64,000 bases of DNA, taken from contig OZ024743.1 of NCBI GenBank assembly GCA_964016885.1, positions 113,770,001 to 113,834,000 on the forward strand, in the 5' to 3' direction. Position numbers and translations under genes: made by a program. Numbering within the stretch: the first letter of the stretch is position 1; every line of letters begins with the position of its first letter. The notes under the pieces were generated by a model that did no database searches, was not told the DNA's origin, and saw only the letters and a list, made by a program, of their open reading frames with translations. This document shows positions 1-14,118 of this stretch, in pieces. This DNA is from Eledone cirrhosa (taxonomy: Eukaryota).

Positions 1-190
1 GACCTTGTGCCAAATGTAGAAACCATTTTATATAGGTGCAGCAGGCATGGCTGATGGTTAAGGAGTTTGCTTTGCTACCAGTTGGTTCTGGTTCAGTACT
101 GTTCTGTGGCACCTTCGGCAAGTCCCTTCTACTATAGCCTCAGGTTGACTAATGTCTTGTGAATGGAATTTGATACTGCAGAAAATTGAC

Positions 191-712
191 ATCATCATCA
201 TCATCATCATCATCGTTTAACGTCCATGTTCCACGCTTGCATGGGTTTGGACGGGGGTTTTCCCACTTGAGGCAAGAGTGGTTGTCTTGCTCGCATAGGA
301 CTGTCTGGTGGGTTTTCTACAGTTGGATGCCCTTCCTAACACCAACCACATTTACAGTGTGGGGCTGGGAGGTTTTTACCGTGTTGCCTACACGGTCACA
401 TTACAGCGTGGACTGTCTGGCGGGTTTTCTACAGCTGGATGCCCTTCCTAACACCAACCACATTTACAGTGTGGGGCTGGGAGGTTTTTACCGTGTGCCT
501 ACACGGCCACATTACAGCGTGGACTGTGTGTTTTTTTTGTCGTGACACCTACACGATCTCATTTGTTTCAGCCTGGATGTTGTGGCACCAACATAACTTT
601 ACATAGAAGGGGGCGGTGTGGATGGGGTGGGGGAGTGGTATTTTGTTAGAGATGCCTACCGACTGTAGTAGGTTTTACTATGTATTTAGGTAAGGCGGGT
701 CTTCTCTATTTC
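191..712 (-). mobile_element. RTE-clade LINE 3' UTR fragment with (GAT)n tail and an internal duplicated unit
   Basis: Reverse complement matches the 3' UTR of the long RTE at 23480-23881 (ggaagggcatcca.ctgtagaaaacc...ggacgttaaacg + (GAT)n). Confidence 0.85.
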
Positions 713-1819
713 TGACCTTGTGCCAAATGTAGAAACTATTTATATATCATCATCAACATTTTGCATCTACCTTTCCATGCTTACATTGGTTGGATGGGTC
801 TTTTCAATACAGCATCCCTCCACTTATCACATGCTTTATGTCATCTCTTCTCTGAGCTCCAGTGATTAGGGATCAACTCTTATCTCCTCCGCCAATGTCT
901 TCCTTGATCATCCTCTACTGTGGTTTATGTCAATTGGAATTTGTTGACCCTTTTATTCCCAGCGGTCAACATCCATGTACATCTCATGTCCATACCAGTG
1001 CAGAAACCCAGAAACCCCTAGGGGGGGGGGGGGGGGGACTACAAAATAGACAAAGACCAAGGAAAACCTGGGTTCTGGGTGAAGTTGGTGAGAGCTGATC
1101 TCAAATTGCTGATGCTAACCGAGGAGATGGGGAAGGATGGATGAAATGAGAGATGTGCTGAAAAAGATCCATCCAACCCATGCAAGCATGGAAAGTAGTC
1201 ATAAAATGATTTAAAGGCAGTAGATTGGTAGTCATCAACATAATCTTGTTTCACTTTCTCTTTCTCTTTCACTCTTTCTCTCTCTCTCTCTCTCTGCTTT
1301 CATATTTCACCATATCTCCCTTCTTATTCCTCTCATTCCTTTTCTGTCTTCATCTTGCTTTCTCTATCTTCTTGTTCTCCCATTTTTTCTCCTTGCACCC
1401 TTCTTTCTTTCTCGCACTCTCTTCCTTTCTCTTTTTATTCTCTCTCTCTCCTTACTCTCATCCCACTTTCTCCTAAATCTCATCTCTCTTTCCCTCTCTC
1501 TTTTGACTCTCATCTCTCCCTCTCTCATTTTCTCTCCTTACTCTTATCTCTCCCTTCTCACCCTCATCTCTGCCTTTCTCACACTCACCCTGCCTCCCAC
1601 TCGCTACCCTCCCCCAATCTCTTCTACCCTCTCTTCCACCCACTCCCATAGACAACACCTTTATATCCTCCCCTATAAACAGGTGTGTTGATAACAAGCA
1701 ATTAAATAAGTGTTTAATAATGTAAAACATCACAACACCCTTCGCCCCCCCCCCCCCCCCACCACAAGCTATCAATTACCCCTCCCTCGCTATCTCTGCT
1801 AGCCACCCTCTATTACTAA

Positions 1820-2190
1820 CATTCCCCCCACCTAGCTCTCCTGCCCTTCCCGTACCTAATCTCCTGCCTCTCCCCCACCTATCACTCCTGTCCCTCCCCC
1901 ACAAGCTCTCTTGCCTCTCCCCCACCAGCTTTCCTGCCCCCTCCTCCACCTAGCTCTCCTGCCCCTCTCCCATCTAGCTTTCCTGCCTCTCCCCCACCTA
2001 GCTTTCCTGCCTCTCCCCCACCTAACTCTCCTGCCCCTCCCCTACATAGCTTTCCTGCCTCTCGCCCACCTAGTTCTCTTGCCTCTTCCTCACCAGCTCT
2101 CTTGCCCCTCCCCCACCTAATCTCCTGCCTCTCCCCCACCAGCTCTCCTGCCCCTCCCTCACCTAGCTTTCCTGCCTCTCCCCCACCAGT
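1820..2190. repeat. About 24-bp C-rich minisatellite (ctagctttcctgcctctcccccac)
   Basis: Roughly 15 visible tandem units. Confidence 0.9.
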
Positions 2191-2336
2191 AACATCCCCC
2201 TCCCCCCTCACACCACTCTCTCTCCTCCCTCCTATCAGAAACAAAAAGTCAACAAGTCTACCTACGTAGTACAGTTAAGTTGCTTCATTGAACCTTTCAC
2301 AAAACTAGCAATTACCTCCTCTCAACATTTCCTATG

Positions 2337-3300
2337 CAACACCACCACCACCACCACCACCATGACTACAAACACGACGACCACCACCACCACCACCACT
2401 ATGACTACAAACACCACCACCATCATGCGTACAAACACCACCACCACCACCACGACTACAAACACCACCATCATGAGTACAAACACCACCACCACCACCA
2501 CGACTACAAACGCCACCACCACCACCACTATGACTACAAACACCACCACCACCACCACAAACGCTACCACCACGACTACAAACACCACCATCATGAGTAC
2601 AAACACCACCACCACCACCACTACGACTACAAACGCCACCACCACCACCACCACCACCACTATGACTACAAACACCACCACCACCACCACGACTACAAAC
2701 GCTACCACCACGACTACAAACACCACCATCATGAGTACAAACGCCACCACCACCACCACTATGACTACAAACACCACCACCATCATGACTACAAACACCA
2801 CCACCACTATGACTGCAAACACCACCACCACCACCACCATCACGACTACAAATGCCACCATCACCACCACCATGACTACAAACGCCACCACCACCACCAC
2901 CATGACTACAAACACCACCACCACCACCACCATCACTACAAACGCCACCACCACCACCACCATGACTACAAACACCACCACCACCACCACCATGACTACA
3001 AACGCCACCACCACCACCACCATGACTACAAACACCACCACCACCACCACCATCACTACAAACGCCACCACCACTATCACTACTGACTACAAACACCACC
3101 ACCACCACCTCCACCACCACCACTATAACTACAAACACCACCACAACCTTCACCACCACCACTATAACTACAAACACCACCACAACCTTCACCCCCACCC
3201 CCACCACTATGATTACAAACACCACTTCCAACAACAACAACAACAACCCCTAAACACCATCACTACTACCACCACCACCACCACCACCACCAACCCTAAC
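2337..3300. repeat. Compound minisatellite (CAC)n + GACTACAAA; stop-free in several frames
   Basis: Repeated gactacaaa(cac)n units; translate as HHHHHHDYK, poly-T, poly-V or GGGGVCS. Confidence 0.9.
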
Positions 3301-3551
3301 CACCTCCTCCACCACTATCAATCACCCCTCCTCCGTGTATTCAAAACCAACTACTTTTGTCATGTTGGATCTTCCTACGATAAAATAACACACAATTGTC
3401 GCCACCCTCTCCATTCCACCACTCCAGCTATTGACACCGACTACCCCACCCATCATCACAACAATAATACATACAATTACCTACCATCCCTTCAGCAGAG
3501 CATGCTAAAGCTAGGTTGACAGAAAGCTAACAGATACACCTTTCTTGAACT

Positions 3552-3554
<3 letters not shown>

Positions 3555-3628
<74 letters not shown>
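3555..3628. repeat. (TG)n microsatellite
   Basis: Direct observation. Confidence 0.95.
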
Positions 3629-3631
<3 letters not shown>

Positions 3632-3910
3632 GGGGAGGGGTTATACATGTTTATATATACACTTTGCTGAACACAACCCCAAAACACTTGGCGTCGCAGT
3701 CGGGTTAATAACCCTCTCTGTATCCACTTTGCATTTCCCTATGCATTGAGTAGTCCCATGATTTGTGTTCTCCCCAGACTATATATATATATATATTTGA
3801 TTGAGTATGTGTTGGTTGCTTATCGATACTTCAGTATGCAGGTTACAGCACTTCGACGAAGTGCGCAGTTGAGTCTGTTTGGAAATGAATGTGTGTGTGT
3901 GTGTATATAT

Positions 3911-4833
<923 letters not shown>

Positions 4834-4867
4834 CACAAAGACATAAATATTTTTCGTATGTATATAT

Positions 4868-5640
4868 ATCATCATCATCGTTTAATGTCTATTTCCCATG
4901 CTATCATAGGTTAGACTGGTTGTCTATAGCAGGATGCCTTTCTTAACACCGACCAGTTGTATTGTGTGTGACAAATGTTTTTTTGTCACCTACATGACCA
5001 TTTTACATTGGGGATTGGGACCCTTTTATCGTGACACCGTAACGACCACTTTACAGTGTGGGCTGGGTGCTTTTTGTCGTGATACCAACACAAGCACTTA
5101 ACAGTGTGAGCTGGACGTATTTTGTCGTGATACCAACACAAGCACTTTACAGTGTGGGCTGGACATTTTTTTTTTTGTCGTGATACCAACACAAGCACTT
5201 TAAAGTGTGGGCTGGGTGCTTTTTGTCGTGGCACCAAAACGAGTACTTTACAGTGTGGACTGGTGACTGTGGTGGAGTGTGTGAAGGTGTGAGGCGATTA
5301 GAATGGGGGTGGACTGTTAGGGCGTGGGAGGTATCATCGCTTTTGAGGGGTGCAATTGTGCAAGATCAACTTTTATCACCTCATGCCAGGTTTTCCTAGA
5401 TCTTCCTACTCCATAGCTCCCATCAACTTTGATCACTCTGCATCCTTTTATACAGTTGTCATCCTTCATACACATCACATGTCCATAGCAACACAATCTC
5501 CTCTCCTGCATTCTGCATCAGATCCCTCTTATGCCTAATTTCTCCCTATGAACGGCATAGTTCATTTACACTTTGCTGTTCATGTATATTACTATTACAC
5601 ATCCATTGGAGCCTGCATGCTTCATTTCTTTCTAATCTTC
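4868..5640 (-). mobile_element. Degraded RTE 3' fragment with about 55-bp tandem repeats in its 3' UTR
   Basis: ORF 5317-5511 (QERRL..YGHVMCMKDD..RSRKTW) matches the RTE C-terminus at 23250-23480; (CAT)n tail at the left end. Confidence 0.8.
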
Positions 5641-5743
5641 GTTTTTGCATATTTGTGTTTGTCTTGTCATTTCTTGTATGGTATACATATATTTATACAA
5701 AGACTCCCTTTTCCCACCTATTTTCAACACACTTCTCTCTCTC

Positions 5744-5809
<66 letters not shown>

Positions 5810-5963
5810 CTCACCCATTCTAGCCTCTTCCCCAGGGAGATGGAAGGGCCGTGATATGTGTTTATCATTAACACTTCACTGCCCTCATTTATGAGATGTA
5901 ATTACACTGATAATATTTGCGGGCATAATTATTTTTTTCTGTTAATAAATGCGGGCGCGCGCA

Positions 5964-6025
<62 letters not shown>

Positions 6026-6992
6026 TTAGTCTGTGACCACACAGCCAAGCGTTGCTAGCAGTGATACAGACATTAAATGAAGATAATGATGATGATGATA
6101 TATGGTGAGCTTCTGCAATATCCACCTTTTAAATTTCATTAGCAAGCTATTGGTCAACTCAAGGTTTTTTTCTAAGGTTATGGAAGGTCTTTTGTATTTA
6201 AGACTATTCAACAGAATTCGTAATATAATCGGCTTGTCTCCCCACAGCCCCGGCCAACAATTACTCCAGTGTGTTTATGGGGCTTTATTTTATCGACTCC
6301 GTAAGGATGAAAGACAAAGTTAACCTCGGTGGGATTTGAACTCAGACCGCAAAGGGTCGTAACTCTATGCTGTATGGAGAGTGGATTGATGGAATTGTTA
6401 AGGGAGATAGACAAAATGTTTTGTAGCATTTAGTTATGGCTCTTTACTTTCTGAGTTCAAATCCCACTGAGGACAACTTTGCCTTTTATAATTCCAAGGT
6501 TCATAAAATAAAGTACCAGTTAAATACTGGGTGATTATATTCAAATTTCTTCTTCCTCCAAATAGCTGACCTTGTGTCACTGTTGGAAATAACAATTTAC
6601 ATTGTGTTTAATGACTCAATGACGAAACCTATGCATGGTCATACAATCTCTCAGAAATAACAGCCACATATCCCTCAAATCACACTTCAGTATCTCGAAA
6701 AAGAGAAAGACACATTAGATAATGTAGTCCTTGATAACGCTAAAAGTCACACAGAAAGGTTAAGCCCCTTGTTACCATAATCCTGCAGTTTCATTTGAAA
6801 TAGCCTCAATGACAGATCCCAGTTTAAGTCTGTCGCTTATTACATTGCCTAGATTTCGAACGTCAATACCGGTGTTTCTGGTTATATCTGGTTAGATGAG
6901 CTTGTAAACTCTTTGGCTTTCGAAAGATGCTGGTTTTCGAAGCATTAAATAGTGACCCCTCTTCTCTCTTTCACAAAAGAAAAGATGATAAT

Positions 6993-7362
6993 AATTGTTT
7001 CTACTTTAGGCACAAGGCCAGCAAATACCCAGTGCATTACTGGTACTTTATTTTATCGACCCCGTAAGGATGAAAGGCAAAGCAAACCTCGGCGGGATTT
7101 GAACTCAGATCGTAAAGGGACATAACTATGCTGGAAAGCATGGCGTCCGACCCTCTACCGATACTGCCAATAATGAATTCTTGTATATGGGGGGGGGGGG
7201 GGTCGATTAAATCGATCCCAGTACGTTACTGGTGCTTTATTTTATCGACCTCGTAAGGATGAAAGGCAAAGTTAACCTCGGCGGGATTTGGACTCAGACC
7301 GTAAAGGGGCGTAACTCTATGCTGTAAAGCATGGCGTCCAACCTTCTACCGATACTGCCAAT
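6993..7362 (-). mobile_element. Two adjacent tRNA-derived SINE copies of the dominant family
   Basis: Match the consensus with A box TGGCAGTATCGG, B box GAGTTCAAATCC and core gcctttcatccttacggggtcgataaaataaagtaccag; more than 25 copies in the window. Confidence 0.85.
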
Positions 7363-7726
7363 CGATGGTCGTTGACTCTCCTGAGTCATACATACGTACG
7401 TAAATACATACGTACATACGTACATACGTACGTACATACATACATACGTACAGACAAACATAACATCTGTATTTGTTTGACTGTTTATAGTAATATATAT
7501 CTTATTAAATGAATCTTTTGTGTATTTGATCTAGATGGACAGAAATATAGGAATTAGTCCATTACCAAACTATTATACTGTCTGCATAAATATTGTAAAT
7601 TGATAATCCATCTTTATTTACCTTTTCTATGTATGTATGTATGTATGTATGTATGTATGTATGTATGTATGTATGTATGTATGTATGTATGTATGTATGT
7701 ATGCATGTATGTATGCATGTATGTAT

Positions 7727-7878
7727 GTTATCTCTTTCTCTTAATTTCGAGTATATCTTTTTTGACCGGCCACCTTCCTGGTGGCAAGGTTGTAAAAGAA
7801 AAGAAATTGTCATCCCTTGAATCGCAAGAATGTTTTGCAAATTTTGAAGGTGACAGCTATCGCAGCCATTTGTAGACT
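7727..7878 (-). mobile_element. Short 3' end of a second R4/Dong-like family (family B) in an (ATGT)n array
   Basis: Encodes LQMAAIAVTFKICKTF, homologous to the C-terminus of 8232-8765; near-identical to 17460-17610. Confidence 0.7.
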
Positions 7879-8231
7879 ATGTATGTATGTATGTATGTAT
7901 GTATGTATGTATGTATGTATGTATGTATGTATGTATGTATGTATGTATGTATGTATGTATGTATGTTTGTATGTATGTATGTATGTATGTTCTTCTGGTT
8001 TTATAATTTCACAAAGTTTTACCAATAGAGATAGTCGGTTTCTAACATAAACACAAGACTCTCTCATTGGAATTTACACAACATCAACTAGGTAGATATG
8101 TACAACATTAAATATGTATGTGTGCATGCATGTGTAGATATGGATGTTATTGTATGTGTGGATGTGGATGTTTTGAGTTGTATGTGTGCATGTGTATATG
8201 CTTTGTATCTGTACATGTGTATATGCAGTTA

Positions 8232-8765
8232 TTAGATGCAAAATTTTTGGAATGTTTTACATATTTTTACTGTTCCATTAATGGATTGTACTTGTAATTT
8301 CCTAACTAGTTGTGTTCTTTCTGTTCCTGTGAAGCCTAGCTTCTCAAGATTTGTATTGAGGCAGTTACTAACATATCCCAGTGCCTCAATAATCACAGGC
8401 ATAAATCTGAAGGTGTAATCAGGGTGGAGTATCTGCAGATTTCTCATCAGTTCTGCATAAATATTCTCCTTTTCACTAATCTGTGATATTATATTGGCAT
8501 CTGCTGGGCAGCTAATTTCCACTACTGTGCATGTTTTCTTCTCCCTGTCCCATATCATAATATCTGGTCTATTATGCCTGCATTTTATTGGGGTTTTTAC
8601 TGGAACATTCCACCAGTACTCTTTCATATTATGTACATGGATGTCTTCCACATTGTTGTAGCTTTTAATGTGTTTATTATCGGAGCTATCTTTTTTACCA
8701 ACTGCATTGTACAGTGTTTTGGCCACTACATCATGCCTCATAGGTAGATAGTACCGCGATGACAT
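8232..8765 (-). pseudogene. Restriction-like (PD-D/ExK) endonuclease domain of the R4/Dong-type element
   Basis: MRHD...HNRPDIMIWD...VEISCP...EKENIYAEL...PVIIEALG. Confidence 0.85.
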
Positions 8766-9470
8766 TTTGAGACAGCTGCTGATGACATGGGTGATATCCT
8801 CGATGTTAGTTCTGCAGAGTCTGCACTTGTTATCACATCTAGGTGTTTTGCCTGCATCCCTATCTCTTTTGTGAATCAGGTATTTCGTGTTAATCTCCTG
8901 TTCCTGGATTGCAAAAGCGTATCCCTCAAAGTGGGAGCCAATATAGCGGTTGTTGGTCCAAGATAGACTACTTTTCTTATCTATATTACTCTCACTCTGG
9001 AGCTTCCTGGCAACTTATCCATGCATGATTTTTTGCTGATAAGCATGCAGCTTTTCATCCATGGATTCACTGCGATACTGCTGAGCGACATCCCTGGGTG
9101 TGAGTTTTTGATTATCACACAGGGAATATCTCTCGACGAGTTCCTTCCCAACTCTCATGATCTTATCTGTTTCATGCAGATAGACTTGCTTGAGAAACGG
9201 GCTCCTACGCTTCGAGGTTCGTAGATGTTGTCTGGATTGATGTTAGGCCTCTGCCTCCCTGCTTACGTTTCAAGTAAAGGCGGTCTATGTCACTGTTGAT
9301 GTGGAAGTTTCTGGTGTTGTTCAGTATTTTTCGAGTTTCAACATCAACTGCTCGGATTTCGTCTATCGTCCAATTGAGTATTCCAAACGTTGGTGTGAGG
9401 ACAGGCACAGCAAACACATTGTGAGCCACTGTTTTGTTTTGCGCAGAGAGTTCCAATGACCAGATCTTTC

Positions 9471-10685
9471 TTAATCGGGTGTAGTATTCCCTGGTTCGCG
9501 TTCTTTATTACAGATACCATTATAGGATATGTTCTCATCTATCCCCAGGTATCTGTAATAAAGAACGCGTAACTGTTTCACCGATATCTGATGAGGACTG
9601 CTACAGATACCATTATAGAATATGTTCTCATCTATCACCAGGTATCTGTAGCAGTCCTCATCAGATATCGGTGAAACAGTTAAGCCATTGATGACAATGT
9701 TGCTAGATTGGGTTGTTGTTTTTCCCCGCTTTACAGTCATGTATGAGCATTTATCTTGGCCAAACTCCATTCCTATATCCTTTGAGAACGTTGTAACCAG
9801 GTCAAGACTTTTCTTCATCCCATCCATGTTCTTGGCATAGAGTTTCAGATAGTCCACAAAGAAATTATGGGTTAGGTTCGTATTTCTGTCCTCCTGTGAG
9901 CCAATGATGTATCCCTCACATTTCTTGAGCAAAAAAGACAAGGGGTTTAATGACAAGATGAATAATATCACAGATAGACTGTCCCCCTGAAATATACCCC
10001 TGCAATATTTTATTTTATCAGTGAAAATAGAGTCCTCCCTCTCTGTCTTTAACCTTAGGATAGTAGCCCAAGAAGAAGACAGCTTCTCTATGGCTCTGAC
10101 AATAATGTCTGGGACTTTAGCAAGTTGGAGAGCCTCTATCATCCAAGAGTGGGGAACAGAATCGAAAGCTTTCTTGTAGTCCAGCCAGACTGTAGCCACA
10201 TTCCTCCTAAGTTGTCGCACCTCCGACATCGCAGTTTTGTTGATTAGGAGTGGTTCAGCCCATCCCCAAACCCCTTTCTTTCCAGCTGCTTGTTCATCTG
10301 TGATGATGTTATTATTTTCACAGTGATCTTGGAGGAATAGGTTCAGGCAGGCTATATACATCTTATACATCAGGTTCTGGCATGCAATGGGTCGGTAGTT
10401 TTTTGCCAAGTGGATGTCTTTGTTCTTGGGGACCAGTAATGTTTGTGCTAATGTCAACCATTCTGGTATAAGTGTATCTCCCTTAAGAACTTGTTGGTAA
10501 AGGTCAGTAAGATACCTTCGATAGAATATCAGTTTTTTGTACCAGTAGCCGACAATCATGTCTCTTCCTGGTGTTTTCTTATCTTGGAGTTTTCCTTTCA
10601 CAGTCTCAAGGGTACCCTCACTTATTTCGTATGTTTTTGTTGTAGTGTAGGAGCAATAGTTCTTTCGAATTTCTCTTAGCCACAC
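9471..10685 (-). pseudogene. Reverse transcriptase domain of the R4/Dong-type element
   Basis: 404-aa ORF with non-LTR RT motifs; the catalytic dyad reads FVDY; frameshifts on both sides. Confidence 0.85.
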
Positions 10686-10829
10686 TGCATCTTTTGCTCC
10701 AAAAGGAATCTATGTCTTTCTGGGATGGGTCCTCAGTGACACTTATTATTCTGCCCTTCATATCTCTATAGACTGATGTTTGGTTTCGTCTGAATCTTTT
10801 ATTAAGCACTATTATGTATGTATGTATGT

Positions 10830-11397
10830 TCTTCTGGTTTTATAATTTCACAAATATTTTCCCAATAGAGAGAGTCGGTTTCTAACATAGATACAAGACT
10901 CTCTCATTGGAATTTACACATCAACTAGGTAGATTATGTATGCATGCATGCGGGCATGTGTAGATAAGGATGTTATTGTATGTGTGGATGTGTATGTTTT
11001 GAGTTGTATGTGTGCATGTGTATATGCTTTGTATCTGTACATGTGTATATGCAGTTTTTAGATGCAACATTTTTGGAATGTTTTACATATTTTTACTGTT
11101 CCATTAATGGATTGTACTTGTAATTTCCTAACTAGTTGTGTTCTTTCTATTCCTGTGAAGCCTAGCTTCTCAATATTTGCATTGAGGCAGTTACTAACAT
11201 ATCCCAGTGCCTCAATAATCACAGGCATAAATCTGAAGGTGTAATCAGGGGGGAGTATCTGCAGATTTCTCATCAGTTCTGCATAAATATTCTCCTTTTC
11301 GCTAATCTTTAATGTTATATTGGCATCTGCTGGGCAGCTAATTTCCACCACTGTGCATGCTTTCTTTTCCCTGTCTCATATCATAATATCTGGTCTA
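10830..11397 (-). mobile_element. Second, shorter copy of the same R4/Dong element
   Basis: Highly similar to 7991-8570; flanked by (ATGT)n on both sides. Confidence 0.85.
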
Positions 11398-11905
11398 GAT
11401 ATTATGTATGTATGTATGTATGTATGTATGTATGTATGTATGTATGTATGTATGTATGTATGTATTAGATTATACATATATATATACAGTATATATATAT
11501 ATAAAATTAAAAAAAGCATATATATATATATATCATAAAAGACCGATGATTTAAAAAAAAAGCTGGTACAATGCGGTAGAAAAATACAAAGAGCAATTGA
11601 TGACAAATAATTGTTTCTACTTTAGGCACAAGGCCAGTAATTACCCAGTGCATTACTGGTACTTTATTTTATCGACCCCGTAAGGATGAAAGGCAAAGTC
11701 AATATCGGCGGGATTTGAACTCAGATCGTAAAGGGTCGTAACTATGCTGGAAAGCATGGCGTCCGACCCTCTACCGATACTGCCAATCCACCGCAAATGA
11801 TGACAAATAATACAAAACAAAGTAATGTTTTACCCAGTATTTCTACATAATATTTCAGGGTTAACACACACTCTTCAAAAGAACACACACACACACATAT
11901 GTATG

Positions 11906-12309
11906 TTCTTTTGGTTGTATTTTTTATAAGGTGGATTAGACAACATGCTTCCTGGCATACAGTTATGGACCTTTACATTCTGTGTTCAAATCCGGACGAG
12001 GTTAACTTTTCCTTACAGCGTTGATAAAATAAAGTACCAGTAACACACTGGGATCGGTTTAATCGACTTTCCCCCACACACAATAACTGCTAGCCCTGTG
12101 CCTAAATCAGAAACCATTATTCTATAAATTTTCACCAATAGAATGAGAGAGCTGGTTTCTAACAAGAGACTTTCATTGAAATTTAGACAACATCAACCTG
12201 GTAAATATGTATGTTTATATGTGTCTGTGTGTGCATGTGCAGGTATGGGTGCTATTGCATGTGTGCGTGTGTATGTTTTGAGGTATATGTATGCACGTTT
12301 ATATTTCTC

Positions 12310-12361
<52 letters not shown>

Positions 12362-12530
12362 TGTGTATATGCAGTTATTATATTCTAAATTTTTAAAATG
12401 TTTTACATATTATTACAGTTCCATAAATGGACTGTACTTGCAACTTCCTAACTAGCTGTGCTCTTTCTGGTTCTGTAAAGCCCAGCATCTCAAGATTTAT
12501 ACTGTGACAATTACTTCATATGCAAGTGCA
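11906..12530 (-). mobile_element. Older diverged R4/Dong 3' fragment interrupted by a SINE (about 11930-12120)
   Basis: Matches the 3' UTR and C-terminus of the 7991-8400 copy. Confidence 0.65.
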
Positions 12531-13307
12531 GCGATGGATTATCACTTAAAAATATTTAAGAATACATTGGAGATGTAACCCCATGAGGTGGAAGAAAAAA
12601 AGTGACTAATTTTGGATGTACAAACAAGTGAAAAGTTACCCAATAAATCTATAATTTATTGGTTTCAGACTGATGATTAATTTCGTTGATACTCTGAGTT
12701 TCTTACTATGTACAATACTTCAGATACCTCTATATATGTGTGTGTGTCTGTTTGTCTGTCTGTGTGTATGTATATATGTGTGTGTGTGTCATGTCAGATC
12801 GCTCTTCAGCGCTACTGGTAACATGTATAACCTGTACATGGTCGGGTCGTCGGTGACTAAACCGGCAACCTGCCGGATAAAAAAAAAAAAACCCGTCAAA
12901 GGGCAGAGAAACTCAGGAGAGTCAACAGCCATCCAATAAAGTATTTTAATTTTGTGGAGCTCTAGTCTTCATTAAGACATCTCTCTAGGAAAAGCTCACT
13001 CTGATATAAAACCTGCGACTTCGATTGCATCCAATGATGTAGACCAGTTCTTTTTTGGGGGGAAAATGCATTCGATATTCAGAGAGTGGGATTGGCCCTG
13101 TGCGAAGCCTTTCCTCACATAAAAAAAGGTTCAAGCACCGGCGTCACTTTATATGTGACATTTTTGTGATGTATGTTATTGGTGGCCATAGGAAAGTCCC
13201 TAGCAGGACTAAAAGCCACATCCGTGATGCTCGTGCTTAAGTATCAAGCGATGGCATTACTCGAAATCGAGTTGCAGCCATCATGTATGTATGTATGTAT
13301 GTATGTA

Positions 13308-13376
<69 letters not shown>

Positions 13377-13422
13377 AGCTCTGTATCTATCTATCTATGT
13401 ATATATGTAATATTAACAATAT

Positions 13423-13659
13423 TAACAAGATTTGAAGCACTCAACAGGATTTTATCTGGAGTATTATTATTAACAATATTAATAAATGGAAAATATTTTT
13501 ATAATACCATATTATACGTATTTCAAGGACACTAAAATTTAGTGTCCTTGAAATACGTATAATAAAATAAATATGGTATTATAAAAATATTTTCCATTTA
13601 TTAATATTGTTAATAATAATACACCATATAAAATCTTGTAGAGTGCTTCAAATCTGTTA
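13423..13659. repeat. About 115-bp-arm palindrome centred at 13537 on a hammerhead stem II (Penelope-like remnant)
   Basis: aaggacactaaa-a-tttagtgtcctt GAAA TACGTA TA ATAAAATA; flanks homologous to the intact hammerheads at 36559 and 42442. Confidence 0.75.
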
Positions 13660-13711
13660 TAAAATTAACTTTGTTGAATAATAATCAACAAACCATATAA
13701 CTCATTTTTAA

Positions 13712-14118
13712 ATGCATATATGTATGTATTTATGTATGTATGTATGTATATATGTATCTATATATCTATGTGTGTATGTATGTATGTATGTATGTATGTA
13801 TGTATGTATGTATGTATGTATTATGTATGTATGTATGTATGTATCCCTATATGTATGTATATATGTATCTATGTATGTATATATCTATATATCTATGTGT
13901 GTATGTATGTATCCCTATATGTATGTATATATGTATCTATATATCTGTGTGCATGTATGTATGTATCCCTATATGTATGTATATATGTATCTATGTATGT
14001 ATATATCTATATATGTATGTGTGTATGTATGTATGTATGTATGTATGTATGTATGTATGTATGTATGTATGTATGTATGTATGTATGTATGTATGTATGT
14101 ATGTATGTATGTATGTAT
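13712..14118. repeat. Compound (ATGT)n microsatellite
   Basis: Direct observation; similar arrays at 7629, 7879, 11404, 16278 and 17716. Confidence 0.95.

Larger units (their letters stand above)
7991..10810 (-). mobile_element. 5'-truncated, frameshifted R4/Dong-type non-LTR retrotransposon (RT + CCHC + restriction-like endonuclease)
   Basis: RT motifs NYRPIAC, WLDYKKAFDSVPH, GIFQGDSLS, FVDYLKLY (DD broken); CRLC..H..SSC knuckle, RHD and RPDI..VEISCP; 3' UTR runs into (CATA)n. Confidence 0.85.

Noticed and set aside
2362-2390. Synthetic FLAG/His-tag contamination
   Set aside because: There is no exact DYKDDDDK and no vector sequence; the units degrade gradually into the flanking low-complexity DNA.
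9588-9677. CTGATGAG...GAAAC as a hammerhead
   Set aside because: It arises from an inverted duplication of RT coding sequence (SDED); the core is paired in the hairpin and stems I and III are absent.
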